A stretch of 64,000 nucleotides of DNA from Oscillospiraceae bacterium (lineage in GTDB: Bacteria > Bacillota > Clostridia > Oscillospirales > Oscillospiraceae): assembly GCA_017506735.1 (NCBI GenBank), contig JAFVMW010000005.1:19815-83814 (forward strand), read 5' to 3'. The translations under genes and the position numbers were made by a program. Below, piece by piece: positions 8,300 to 18,444 of the stretch (positions are counted from its first letter, which is position 1; the number at the start of each line of letters is the position of its first letter). Under the pieces are notes generated by a model that saw nothing but the letters and a program-made list of their open reading frames with translations, searched no databases and was not told the DNA's origin.

Positions 8300-10957
8300 A
8301 TGAAGAAAACCTACACCCAGTCGGCAGACGAAGTACTGCGCGACCTCGGCGTGGGCCTGGAGGGCTTGACCACAGCACAGGCGCAGGAGCGTCTTGCCAA
8401 ATACGGCCCCAACAAGCTCAAGGAAGCCGAGAAGCCCACGCTGATTCAGCGTTTTATCGAGCAGCTGAAAGACCCCATGCTGATCATCCTGATGGTGGCA
8501 GCGGCAGTTTCCGCGCTGACCGGTATGCTGTCCGGTGAGAATGAGTGGGCAGAGGTCATCATCATTCTGGCGGTTGTTCTGCTGAACGCGATTCTGGGTG
8601 TCATCCAGGAGAGCAAGGCCGAAGCCGCAATTGAAGCACTGCAAACAATGACAGCGGCCACATGTAAAGTCTTGCGCGACGGCAAGATGGTGGTCCTGCA
8701 CTCCGATGAGCTGGTCCCCGGCGACATTGTTCTGCTGGAAGCCGGCGACGCAGTTCCTGCGGACGGCCGTATCATTGAAAACGCATCTCTGAAGATCGAG
8801 GAAGCCGCCCTGACCGGCGAGTCCGTCCCCGTCAACAAGATGCTGGAGGCACTGGGCATGGCAGACGGCCAGGACGATGTGCCTCTGGGCGACCGCAAGA
8901 ATATGTGCTACATGGGCTCCACCGTGGTTTACGGCCGCGGCAAGGCTGTCATCACCACCACCGGTATGGATACTGAGATGGGTAAGATCGCCGGCGCTCT
9001 GGCTGCCACCGAGCAGGAGGAGACTCCTCTGCAGCGGAAGCTGGACGAGCTGGGAACCCTGCTGTCCAAGCTGGTTCTGGGCATCTGCGTGTTCATTTTC
9101 GCATTCAACCTGTTCATGGCCGGTGATTTCCATCTGGAAGTCATTCTGGAGACCTTCATGGTCGCTGTTTCCCTGGCTGTTGCCGCCATTCCCGAGGGCC
9201 TGGCAACCGTCGTTACCGTGGTTCTGTCCATCGGCGTTACCAAGATGTCCCAGCGCAATGCGGTTATCCGCCGTCTGACCGCTGTTGAGACTCTGGGCTG
9301 TACCCAGGTTATCTGCTCCGACAAGACCGGTACCCTGACCCAGAACAAGATGACTGTGGTGGATCACATTGGCGAGACCAATCTGCTGGCCACCGCCATG
9401 GCGCTGTGCTCCGATGCCAACCTGAATGAGGAGAATCAGGCAGAGGGCGAGCCCACCGAGTGCGCTCTGGTCAACTTCGCTTACTCCGTGGGCCTGCCGA
9501 AGCAGGATCTGGAGAAGGCTACTCCCCGTGTGGATGAGGCTCCCTTCGACTCCGGCCGTAAGATGATGTCCACCATCCACGACCTGGGCGGCAAGTTCGT
9601 CCAGTATACCAAGGGCGGCCCCGACGTGGTTCTGTCCCGCTGCACCCATTACATTGAGAACGGCGAAGTCAAGCCCATGACTGATGCCAAGGTCGCCGAG
9701 ATCATGGCCCAGAACAAGGCCATGGCTGACAAGGCCCTCCGTGTCCTGGCCGCTGCAAAGCGTGACTGGGCGCAGAAGCCTGCCGACAATACCCCCGAAT
9801 TCCTGGAGAAGGATCTGGTGTTCATCGGCCTGACCGGTATGATCGACCCCGTCCGTCCCGAGGTTAAGGCCGCCATCGATGACTGCCGTGCCGCCGGCAT
9901 CCGTGCTGTCATGATTACCGGCGACCACAAGGATACCGCTGTCGCCATCGCCAAGGAGCTGGGCATCATCAAGGATGCTTCCGAGGCTATCACCGGCGCA
10001 GAGCTGAATGACATTCCCGACGATGAGATCTGCGAGGCTGTGAAGAAGTACGGTGTCTACGCCCGTGTCCAGCCCGAGCATAAGACCCGCATCGTCACCG
10101 CATGGAAGCGCAACGATGCCATTGCCGCAATGACCGGCGACGGTGTCAACGACGCTCCCTCCATCAAGGCCGCTGACATCGGCGTTGGCATGGGCATCAC
10201 CGGCACCGACGTTACCAAGAACGTTGCCGACATGGTTCTGGCCGATGACAACTTTGCAACCATCGTTGCCGCCGTTGGCGAAGGCCGCCGGATCTATGAC
10301 AACATCCGTAAGGCCATCCAGTTCCTGCTGGCATCCAATATGTCCGAGGTTCTGGGCGTGTTCTCCGCAACCCTGATGGGCTTCACACTGCTCAACCCCG
10401 TCCACCTGCTGTTCATCAATCTGGTCACTGACTGCTTCCCCGCTCTGGCACTGGGCATGGAAGAGGCAGAGCCCGACACCATGAACCGTCCTCCCCGTGA
10501 TTCCAAGGAAGGCATCTTCGCCGGCGGTCTGTTCTTCGACATCGCCTACCAGGGCATCCTGGTCACCCTGCTGACCATCACTTCCTACATCATCGGCTCC
10601 TTCATGGACCCCGAGGTCGGTTCCTGGGCTGCCCTCCGTGCTTCCGGCATCAGTGAACACGGCATGACCATGGCCTTCCTGACCATGTCCATGTGTGAGA
10701 TCTTCCACTCCTTCAACCTCCGCTCCCAGAGAAAGTCCGTATTCTCCCTCAAGTCCCAGAACAAGGTCCTGTGGGCTGCTATGATCGGTTCTCTGGTTCT
10801 GACCACCCTGCTGCTCGAGGTTCCCTTCCTGGCCAATGCCTTTGGCTTCATGCCCATCGGCCTGGAGGAGTACGGCATCGCCATGGGCCTGGCCTTCCTG
10901 GTCATTCCCATTGTTGAGATCGTCAAGTTCTTCCAGCGCATGGGCGCAAAGAAGTAA
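8300..10957 (+). CDS. Cation-translocating P-type ATPase (P2A, Ca2+-type)
   Basis: TGES, IPEGL, DKTGTLT, KGGPD, TGDH, MTGDGVNDAP. Confidence 0.95.
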   Translation: MKKTYTQSADEVLRDLGVGLEGLTTAQAQERLAKYGPNKLKEAEKPTLIQRFIEQLKDPMLIILMVAAAVSALTGMLSGENEWAEVIIILAVVLLNAILGVIQESKAEAAIEALQTMTAATCKVLRDGKMVVLHSDELVPGDIVLLEAGDAVPADGRIIENASLKIEEAALTGESVPVNKMLEALGMADGQDDVPLGDRKNMCYMGSTVVYGRGKAVITTTGMDTEMGKIAGALAATEQEETPLQRKLDELGTLLSKLVLGICVFIFAFNLFMAGDFHLEVILETFMVAVSLAVAAIPEGLATVVTVVLSIGVTKMSQRNAVIRRLTAVETLGCTQVICSDKTGTLTQNKMTVVDHIGETNLLATAMALCSDANLNEENQAEGEPTECALVNFAYSVGLPKQDLEKATPRVDEAPFDSGRKMMSTIHDLGGKFVQYTKGGPDVVLSRCTHYIENGEVKPMTDAKVAEIMAQNKAMADKALRVLAAAKRDWAQKPADNTPEFLEKDLVFIGLTGMIDPVRPEVKAAIDDCRAAGIRAVMITGDHKDTAVAIAKELGIIKDASEAITGAELNDIPDDEICEAVKKYGVYARVQPEHKTRIVTAWKRNDAIAAMTGDGVNDAPSIKAADIGVGMGITGTDVTKNVADMVLADDNFATIVAAVGEGRRIYDNIRKAIQFLLASNMSEVLGVFSATLMGFTLLNPVHLLFINLVTDCFPALALGMEEAEPDTMNRPPRDSKEGIFAGGLFFDIAYQGILVTLLTITSYIIGSFMDPEVGSWAALRASGISEHGMTMAFLTMSMCEIFHSFNLRSQRKSVFSLKSQNKVLWAAMIGSLVLTTLLLEVPFLANAFGFMPIGLEEYGIAMGLAFLVIPIVEIVKFFQRMGAKK

Positions 10958-10971
10958 CGCCTCTTTCCTGC

Positions 10972-11008
10972 AAACGGCTGTCACCCGAAACGGTGGCAGC
11001 CGTTTTTT
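10972..11008 (+). terminator. Intrinsic terminator
   Basis: AAACGGCTGTCACC...GGTGGCAGCCGTTTTTT. Confidence 0.8.
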
Positions 11009-11100
11009 GCCGTAAGAATTCAAAATTGGGTCTTTTCCTTTTTGGGAAAGTGTAGTAAAATGTAGCTATCTATATGCTGTTTTGAAAAGAGGCGAAGGCG

Positions 11101-13308
11101 TTGACAGAAGAAATGGAAATCCTCCAGGGTACCGTTGCCGGTGTGGTGTTTCAGAATTATGATAACGGCTATTCTGTGCTGCGGCTGAACTGCGGCGGCC
11201 AGACTGTGACCGTGGTGGGCACCATCCCCCTGCCGGTGGTGGGCGAGCAGCTCATGGTCACCGGCAAGTGGAGCAATCATTCCAGCTTCGGGCGGCAGTT
11301 CGAAGCGGAGTTTCTGGAGCGGCTTCTGCCCCAGAGTGCCAATGAGATCCGGGCCTATCTTTCAAGCCGGGCCATCAAGGGCATCGGCCCTGTGATGGCT
11401 GCCCGGATTGTGGAGCATTTCGGAGATCAGACCCTGCTGGTTCTGGAACGGGAGCCGGAGCGGCTTTCCGTGATTCCCGGCATTACCCGGGAACGGGCAA
11501 AGCTCTTTGGCGAGGAATTCCGCCGCCAGACCGGTATGCGTCAGCTTATGGAGTTTTTTGCCCTGCACCATCTGCCTGCGGAGCTGGCGGTCCGGGCTTA
11601 TAAGGTCTACGGCGAAAAAACCGTGGAGCTTTTGTATGATGATCCCTACCTGCTCATGGACAACGGTCTGGACGCGCCCTTCAGCGCAGTGGACCGGTTT
11701 GCCATTGAGATGGGTATCTCCGCCGACGATCCCCGGCGTGTGGAGGCCGGCATTCTGTTTGAGCTTTCGTATAATCTGTCCGCCGGTCATGTGTTTCTGC
11801 CCGATGAAAAGCTGATCATGGCCACCGCCCAGCTCCTTTCTGTGGAACGGGAACCGGTGGAGCGTGCTTTTGCCCGTCTGGTGGAAGCGGAGCGGATACA
11901 GAAAAGCCATCTGGCAGGACTGTCCATCTCCTATCTGCCGGAGCTGTACGAGGCGGAGCTTTACAGCACCTGGCGGCTTCTGAAGGCTGCCGCCATCCAG
12001 TTCCCGGAACCCGGGAATCTGGGCCGGCTGATGAAGCAGGTGGAGCAGGAAACAAACATTTCCTACTCTCCCCAGCAGCAGGAAGCCATCCGCAGTGCCG
12101 CCACAAACGGCGTTCTGCTGATCACCGGCGGCCCCGGCACGGGAAAAACCACCATTTTGCAGGGTATTCTGTCCCTGCTTGGACATATGCAGCTCAAATG
12201 CGTCCTGGCTGCCCCCACGGGACGGGCCGCCAAACGGCTTAACGAGGTAACCGGCGAGGAAGCTTCTACCATTCACCGCCTGCTGGAGGTGGGAATTGAC
12301 CCGGCCACCGGCCAGATGATCTTCGGCAGAAATGAGGATCAGCCTCTGAAAACCGATGTGGTCATTGTGGACGAGATGAGTATGGTGGATGTGACCCTGC
12401 TTCACAAGCTGCTCCAGGCCATTCCCCAGGGAAAACGGCTGATTCTGGTGGGCGACCCTGACCAGCTTCCTCCCGTGGGCCCCGGCTTTCCCTTCGGCGA
12501 TATGCTCCGCAGCAATATGCTGCCCACCGTCCGTCTGACCCAGATTTTCCGTCAGGCCCAGGAAAGCCTGATCGTAATGAACGCCCACCGGATCAATTCC
12601 GGCGAGCTGCCGGAGCTGCGTCGGGTGGATAAGGACTTTTTCTTCATGCGCCGCCAGTCTGAGGACGCGGTGTGCCAGCTTATCGCCCAGCTCTGCGCTA
12701 CCCGTCTGCCCAAGAATATGGGCATTCCGGCGGATCAGATCCAGGTTCTCAGCCCCACCCGAAAGGGCGGCGCAGGCACCATGAATCTGAATAAACTGCT
12801 CCAGGCCACCCTGAATCCCCCCGCTCCCAACAAAAAAGAGCGTCAGTACGGCGATTTTACCTTCCGGGAAGGGGATCGGGTGATGCAAATCCGAAATAAT
12901 TATGATATAATGTGGAGGAAAACCGACGGCTCCGCCGTGGGCAGCGGGATTTTCAACGGCGACGTTGGTGTGATTACCTCCATTGACCCTCATGCGGAAA
13001 CCCTGACCATCGTTTTTGACGACCGGGAAGCGGACTATGATTTCTCTCAGATGCTGGAACTGGAACCGGCCTACGCCATGACGGTGCACAAAAGCCAGGG
13101 CAGTGAGTACCGGGCGGTGATCCTGGCGGCCTGGAATGGCTCTCCCTATCTGCTGAGCAGAAGCGTGCTGTATACCGCCGTTACCCGGGCCCGGGAGCTG
13201 CTGATCATTGTGGGCAGGGAAGAGGTGGTCGTCACCATGACCCAGAACGCCAAGCGCAACCGCCGTTATTCCGGTCTGAAGCTGCGCCTCCAGGGGAAAA
13301 CAGAATGA
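11101..13308 (+). CDS. recD2: ATP-dependent RecD-like DNA helicase (RecD2)
   Basis: N-terminal OB/HhH region, GGPGTGKT, APTGRAA, DEMSM, GDPDQL, TVHKSQGSE, YTAVTRA. Confidence 0.95.
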   Translation: MTEEMEILQGTVAGVVFQNYDNGYSVLRLNCGGQTVTVVGTIPLPVVGEQLMVTGKWSNHSSFGRQFEAEFLERLLPQSANEIRAYLSSRAIKGIGPVMAARIVEHFGDQTLLVLEREPERLSVIPGITRERAKLFGEEFRRQTGMRQLMEFFALHHLPAELAVRAYKVYGEKTVELLYDDPYLLMDNGLDAPFSAVDRFAIEMGISADDPRRVEAGILFELSYNLSAGHVFLPDEKLIMATAQLLSVEREPVERAFARLVEAERIQKSHLAGLSISYLPELYEAELYSTWRLLKAAAIQFPEPGNLGRLMKQVEQETNISYSPQQQEAIRSAATNGVLLITGGPGTGKTTILQGILSLLGHMQLKCVLAAPTGRAAKRLNEVTGEEASTIHRLLEVGIDPATGQMIFGRNEDQPLKTDVVIVDEMSMVDVTLLHKLLQAIPQGKRLILVGDPDQLPPVGPGFPFGDMLRSNMLPTVRLTQIFRQAQESLIVMNAHRINSGELPELRRVDKDFFFMRRQSEDAVCQLIAQLCATRLPKNMGIPADQIQVLSPTRKGGAGTMNLNKLLQATLNPPAPNKKERQYGDFTFREGDRVMQIRNNYDIMWRKTDGSAVGSGIFNGDVGVITSIDPHAETLTIVFDDREADYDFSQMLELEPAYAMTVHKSQGSEYRAVILAAWNGSPYLLSRSVLYTAVTRARELLIIVGREEVVVTMTQNAKRNRRYSGLKLRLQGKTE

Positions 13309-13970
13309 AACTGTTACATCGGCTTCTGGAGCTGCTGTTTCCCAGGAAATGCGTTCTGTGCCAGATCCTTTTGCCTTCCGAACAGACCGACCTGTGCCGG
13401 GACTGCCGCAGTGTGGTTCCCGAATGGAACCGGGGCGGCAGAATTCTGCCGGGGATTGAAAGCTATGCTGCGGTCTGGTATTACGAGGACCAGGTCCGGG
13501 ACAGTCTGCTTCGGTTCAAATTCAGCGGCAAGCGATATTACGCCCGGGCCTATGGCAGGCTCTTGGCCATGGCGATCCACCGGGAACTGCCGGAAGCGGA
13601 TCTGATCACCTGGGTGCCGGTCAGCGGTATTCGCAGGCATTTCCGGGGCTATGACCAGTCCCGGCTCCTGGCCCGGGAAGCCGGCAGGGAGCTGATGATG
13701 AAACCGCTTCCTCTGCTGAAAAAGACCCGGCATAATCAAGCCCAGTCGGGCATCTCAGATCCTTCTCTCCGCCGGGAAAACGTCCGGGGAAAATACCGCG
13801 CCATACATCCGGAGCAGCTCCGGGGCAAACGGATTATCCTTGTTGACGACATTCTCACCACCGGCGCCACCGCCTGCGAATGCGCCCGGATTCTCCGTGC
13901 TGCCGGAGCGAAACAGGTGTACCTTGCGGTTATGGCCGCAGGAAAAGACCGGAATACCAACAGAAAATGA
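13305..13970 (+). CDS. ComF family protein
   Basis: Double zinc ribbon, RGYDQS, LVDDILTTGAT. Confidence 0.9.
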   Translation: MKLLHRLLELLFPRKCVLCQILLPSEQTDLCRDCRSVVPEWNRGGRILPGIESYAAVWYYEDQVRDSLLRFKFSGKRYYARAYGRLLAMAIHRELPEADLITWVPVSGIRRHFRGYDQSRLLAREAGRELMMKPLPLLKKTRHNQAQSGISDPSLRRENVRGKYRAIHPEQLRGKRIILVDDILTTGATACECARILRAAGAKQVYLAVMAAGKDRNTNRK

Positions 13971-14015
13971 CGGAAGTCTTACGAATTATAGACTTGAACA
14001 AAGTAGGTGTATACC

Positions 14016-15089
14016 ATGGCAAAATCCAAACGTAAATTCAATCTGAACTTCAAACTTTTCTCCAGCGACCTGGCGGTTGATCTGGGTACTTCCAATGTGC
14101 TGATCTACGTGGAGAACCGGGGCGTTGTGGTCCGGGAGCCCAGCGTGGTGGCAATGGACAAGAATACGGGCAAGATCATCCAGGTAGGCGCGGACGCCAG
14201 AAATATGCTGGGCAGAACCCCCGGCAATGTGGTGGCAATGCACCCACTGAAGGACGGCGTTATCTCCGACCATGAAATGACCGTGAAGATGCTCCAGATC
14301 CTCTTCCGCAAGGCGGTCAAGAACTCCATCTTCAACCCCAAGCCCCGTGTGGTCATCTGTGTTCCCAGCGGTGTCACCGAGGTTGAGGAGCGCAGCGTCA
14401 TTAACGCCGCCATCGAAGCCGGTGCCCGTCGTGTGTATCTGATCGAGGAACCCCTGGCTGCTGCCCTGGGGGCCAACCTGCCCATTTCCGATGCCAACGG
14501 CCACATGGTGGTGGACATCGGCGGCGGCACCACCGACGTTGCGGTGCTGAGTCTGAACAGCGTTGCAAACTCCTCCTCCGTAGAGGTTGCAGGCGATGCC
14601 TTTGATGAGGCCATTGCCCGTTACATCCGCCGCAAATACGGCGTGGTCATTGGTCAGGTTACTGCCGAGAACATCAAAACCACCATCGGCTGTGTCTACC
14701 CCAGACCCGAGGATATTTACATGACCGTCATGGGCCGGGACTCCAAGACCGGTCTGCCCAGAACCCTGAATGTGTTCTCCTCTGAGATTTACGAGGTTCT
14801 TCGCCGTCCTGCCCGGCAGATCGCTGACGAGGTGCTCCACGTTTTGGAGGAAACCAGCCCTGAGCTTGTGGGCGACATCTCCAGAAACGGCATCACCCTC
14901 ACCGGCGGCGGCTGTCAGATCTGGGGCATGGATCTGCTGCTGACGGAACGCACCGACATTCCCTGCACCATTGCTGATGATCCGGACTCCTGCGTTGTCT
15001 ACGGCTGCGGCAAGTCCCTGACCTGGATCAACCATATGCAGGAGGGTCCCATTAACCTGGCAAGAAAACGCTTTATGAATCGGGAGTGA
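14016..15089 (+). CDS. mreB: Rod shape-determining protein, MreB/Mbl family
   Basis: DLGTSN, EPSVVA, EEPLAAA, DIGGGTT, LTGGG. Confidence 0.88.
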   Translation: MAKSKRKFNLNFKLFSSDLAVDLGTSNVLIYVENRGVVVREPSVVAMDKNTGKIIQVGADARNMLGRTPGNVVAMHPLKDGVISDHEMTVKMLQILFRKAVKNSIFNPKPRVVICVPSGVTEVEERSVINAAIEAGARRVYLIEEPLAAALGANLPISDANGHMVVDIGGGTTDVAVLSLNSVANSSSVEVAGDAFDEAIARYIRRKYGVVIGQVTAENIKTTIGCVYPRPEDIYMTVMGRDSKTGLPRTLNVFSSEIYEVLRRPARQIADEVLHVLEETSPELVGDISRNGITLTGGGCQIWGMDLLLTERTDIPCTIADDPDSCVVYGCGKSLTWINHMQEGPINLARKRFMNRE

Positions 15090-15093
15090 TTCC

Positions 15094-17313
15094 ATGAACA
15101 TTCTGCATCTGACCTCCGGCGGTGATGTGGGCGGTGCCAAGACCCATGTGCTTTCTCTGCTCCGGGAGCTGGGGAAGGAGCATAAGGTTAAGCTTGTCTG
15201 CTTTGTAGAGGGCCCCTTTGCCCAGGAGGCAAGGGAGCTGGGCATCCCCACCCATGTGATCCGGAACAAAAATCCCTTTGCCCTGCGCAAGGCCCTGCTT
15301 GCCAGCATCAAAAGCGGCAATTATGAAATTGTCCACTGCCACGGCGCCAAGGCCAATCTGTTCTCCGCATGGATCCGGCGGAAGCTGTCGGTTCCTGTGA
15401 TCTCCACCATCCATTCCGACCCAAGGCTTGACTATCTGGGCCGTCCCCTGGCCAACATGACCTACGGCGTGCTGAACCGGATTTCCATGCGCCGCCGGGA
15501 CGGCTGGGTGGCTGTTTCCGATTCCATGAAGGAGCTGCTGATCTCCCGGGGCTATCCCGGCGACAGCATCTGGCCCATCTACAACGGCATCGAATTTCCA
15601 GAGAAGCTCAAGTACAGACCCAGAAATGAGTATCTCAAGCATCTGGGCCTGGACTGGGACGACGACGCGGTGATCTATGGTATTGCTGCCCGGATCACCT
15701 CCGTCAAGGATCTGCCCACCCTGATCCGGGCCTTCCGGCAGACGGTGGAAGAGATTCCCAACGCAAGACTTCTCATCGCCGGCGACGGCGAACAGCGTCC
15801 TTCGGTGGAAGCCCTGGCAAAGGAGCTGTGCCCGGAGGGCACCGTCCATTTTGCCGGCTGGCTGGATGATATGACCAGCTTCTACCACTGCCTGGATGTG
15901 AATATGCTCAGCTCCATTTCCGAAGCCTTCCCCTACGCCATCCCCGAGGGCGGACGGATGTACTGCCCCACCATTGCCACTGCCGTTGGCGGTGTGCCCA
16001 AGATTCTGGTGGACGGCTATAACGGCTACCTTGTTGAGCCGAAGGATGACAAGACCATGGCCCAGCGGATGATCCGTCTGGCATCAGACCGTTCCCTGCG
16101 GCTGGAAATGGGCCGGAATATGTATGATAAGGTTCGGAAGGAGTTTTCCGCCGAAACCACAGCTTCCCGTCAGATGGAAATCTATGAGGCGCTCTTTGCC
16201 CGGAGACGGCGTGAGGCACAGGGCCGCTACGGCGCGGTGATCTGCGGTGCCTACGGACGGGGCAATGCCGGTGATGATTCCATTCTGCTGACCATGATCC
16301 GCCAGCTCCGGCAGGAGGACCCCTATCTGCCCATCTGTGTGCTGTCCCGGCGGCCCAAGGACACTGCCATCCTCACCGGCGTTAGCGCCCTGCCCATTGT
16401 GAACCTGCCCGGCATCCGGAAGGTGATGAAGCGCAGCACCCTGTACATCAGCGGCGGCGGCAGTCTGATCCAGAATGTGACCAGTAACCGGAGCCTGCTT
16501 TACTATCTGTACAGCATTACCCAGGCAAAGCGCTGCGGCTGTGATGTCATGATGTATGGCTGCGGCATCGGCCCGGTGTCCGGAAAGCTGTTCCAGAATA
16601 TGGCCCGTAAGGTCCTGGAAAAGAATGTGGATCTGATCACCCTCCGGGACCCGGAATCCGCAAACACCCTGGCAGGCTATGGCGTTACCCGGCCTGTGAT
16701 CAAGGTTACTGCCGATATGGCCATGGAAATGACCTCCGATCTGAAGGGGGCAGACCGGTTTCTGGAAAACTGCGGCCTGGATCCTGCGCAGAAATACTGT
16801 ATGTTTGCCCTCCGACCCTGGGAGAATACCCTCCAGTCTCTGGAGCATATCTGCGCCGCAGCGGAATATGCCTACCGGCAGTACGGCATGATGCCCCTGT
16901 TCTTCTCCTTTGAACCGGGCCGTGACCGGGAGATCAATGAAAAGGCAGCGGCTATGGTCAAGGTGCCCTGTATGGTGCTGCCCCAGATTGGGGATGGGGC
17001 TGTACTCTGCGGCGTCATTGCCCGGATGGAGCTGGTGGTGTCCATGCGGCTCCATGCGCTGATTTTCGCATGCGGACAGAAAACCCGTACCGTTGCCATT
17101 TCCTATGATCCCAAAGTTTCAGGTTTTATGAATTACATGGGCTCTGACAACTGCCTGGAGCTGTCCGGGGTCACAGAGTCTGCCCTTCATGAGAAGATAG
17201 ACCGCGCCATGACAGAGGGTGTCAGCGCCGAACGGCTGAACCATCTGAAAGCCCTTGCCGCTGAAAACGGCCGCATGGCAGGAAAGCTTCTCCGGGGCGA
17301 AAAAGTCGAATAA
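15094..17313 (+). CDS. csaB: GT4 glycosyltransferase fused to polysaccharide pyruvyl transferase CsaB
   Basis: N-terminal GT4 (GGAKTHV, SISEAFPYAIPEG); C-terminal GAYGRGNAGDD, GGGSLIQ, RDPES, MRLHA, YDPKV. Confidence 0.85.
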   Translation: MNILHLTSGGDVGGAKTHVLSLLRELGKEHKVKLVCFVEGPFAQEARELGIPTHVIRNKNPFALRKALLASIKSGNYEIVHCHGAKANLFSAWIRRKLSVPVISTIHSDPRLDYLGRPLANMTYGVLNRISMRRRDGWVAVSDSMKELLISRGYPGDSIWPIYNGIEFPEKLKYRPRNEYLKHLGLDWDDDAVIYGIAARITSVKDLPTLIRAFRQTVEEIPNARLLIAGDGEQRPSVEALAKELCPEGTVHFAGWLDDMTSFYHCLDVNMLSSISEAFPYAIPEGGRMYCPTIATAVGGVPKILVDGYNGYLVEPKDDKTMAQRMIRLASDRSLRLEMGRNMYDKVRKEFSAETTASRQMEIYEALFARRRREAQGRYGAVICGAYGRGNAGDDSILLTMIRQLRQEDPYLPICVLSRRPKDTAILTGVSALPIVNLPGIRKVMKRSTLYISGGGSLIQNVTSNRSLLYYLYSITQAKRCGCDVMMYGCGIGPVSGKLFQNMARKVLEKNVDLITLRDPESANTLAGYGVTRPVIKVTADMAMEMTSDLKGADRFLENCGLDPAQKYCMFALRPWENTLQSLEHICAAAEYAYRQYGMMPLFFSFEPGRDREINEKAAAMVKVPCMVLPQIGDGAVLCGVIARMELVVSMRLHALIFACGQKTRTVAISYDPKVSGFMNYMGSDNCLELSGVTESALHEKIDRAMTEGVSAERLNHLKALAAENGRMAGKLLRGEKVE

Positions 17314-17318
17314 ATAAC

Positions 17319-17346
17319 AAAAACCGGAGCTTTCGCTCCGGTTTTT
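17319..17346. terminator. Bidirectional terminator
   Basis: AAAAACCGGAGC-TTTC-GCTCCGGTTTTT between convergent genes. Confidence 0.85.
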
Positions 17347-17358
17347 CGCATATTTGCC

Positions 17359-18444
17359 TCAAACTTCACAGATTACGCCGCCGCCCAGCACGACTTCCTC
17401 ATCATACAGCACCACGGCCTGTCCCACAGTCAAAGCACGCTGAGGCTCGTCAAACAGAACCTCCACCTGTCCATCGGGGAGAGCGGTGACGGTGCAGTCA
17501 GCCTCCCGGGCCTGGTAACGGGCCTTGGCTTTGCACCGGATGGGCTCCGCCGGAGCGTCCATTGCGCTCCAGGTAAAGGTGTCCGCCAGAAGCCGCCGGG
17601 AGAACAGCTCCGCGTTGGTGGACAGCACCACCTGATTGCGCTCCATGTCCTTCTTGCGGACATACATACTCTCCGGCAGCGCCAAGCCCAGGCCCTTTCG
17701 CTGGCCGATGGTGTAGCGGACGATGCCCTTGTGTTTTCCCAGAACGTTGCCCTGCTGGTCCACGAAATCTCCCTCCGGATAGGTTTTTCCCGTATATTCG
17801 GAGAGGAAATCCGCATAGCGGCCATCGGGAACGAAGCAGATGTCCTGACTGTCGGACTTTTTCGCGGTAATCAGATCCAGCTCTTCCGCAATGGCCCGGA
17901 TCTGCTCCTTGGATTCGAATTCTCCCAGAGGGAACCGGGTGTGGGCCAGCTGCTCCTGGGTCAGAAAATACAGCACATAGCTCTGATCCTTGGCAAGATT
18001 CTTCGCCTTTTTCAGCACCCACCGCTGTCTGTCGGGGCAGAATTCCACCCGGGCGTAATGGCCGGTGACGATCAGCTCGCAGCCCAGCAGCTGGGCTCTC
18101 TGATAGAGCTTGGAGAACTTCATGTACTTGTTGCAGTCGATGCAGGGATTGGGGGTTGCGCCCCGTTCATAGGCGCAGACAAACCGGTCGATGACCTCCC
18201 GGGAAAAATCCTCGGTGAAGTTGAACACATGGAAGGGCATCCCCAGCTTCCGGCAAACGCTCCGGGCATCCTCAGCGTCCGTCAGAGAGCAGCAGGTCTT
18301 GGCCCCCAGGTCATCCTCGGACGCGCCTGCGTGAAGCTTCATGTTTACGCCTACGCACGCATACCCTGCCTGAACCATCAGAGCGGCGGATACCGAGCTG
18401 TCCACACCGCCGCTCATGGCGATCAATGCTTTCTGCTTATTCAT
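17359..18444 (-). CDS. mnmA: tRNA 2-thiouridine(34) synthase MnmA
   Basis: SGGVDS, TPNPCIDCN, TGHYA, KDQSY, DSQDICF, TIGQRKG. Confidence 0.96.
   Translation of the reverse strand: MNKQKALIAMSGGVDSSVSAALMVQAGYACVGVNMKLHAGASEDDLGAKTCCSLTDAEDARSVCRKLGMPFHVFNFTEDFSREVIDRFVCAYERGATPNPCIDCNKYMKFSKLYQRAQLLGCELIVTGHYARVEFCPDRQRWVLKKAKNLAKDQSYVLYFLTQEQLAHTRFPLGEFESKEQIRAIAEELDLITAKKSDSQDICFVPDGRYADFLSEYTGKTYPEGDFVDQQGNVLGKHKGIVRYTIGQRKGLGLALPESMYVRKKDMERNQVVLSTNAELFSRRLLADTFTWSAMDAPAEPIRCKAKARYQAREADCTVTALPDGQVEVLFDEPQRALTVGQAVVLYDEEVVLGGGVICEV

Noticed and set aside
8240-11023. Long antisense ORFs (also 931-2277, 5768-7216, 48835-50244, 56295-58781)
   Set aside because: Shadow frames of strongly codon-biased genes on the opposite strand.
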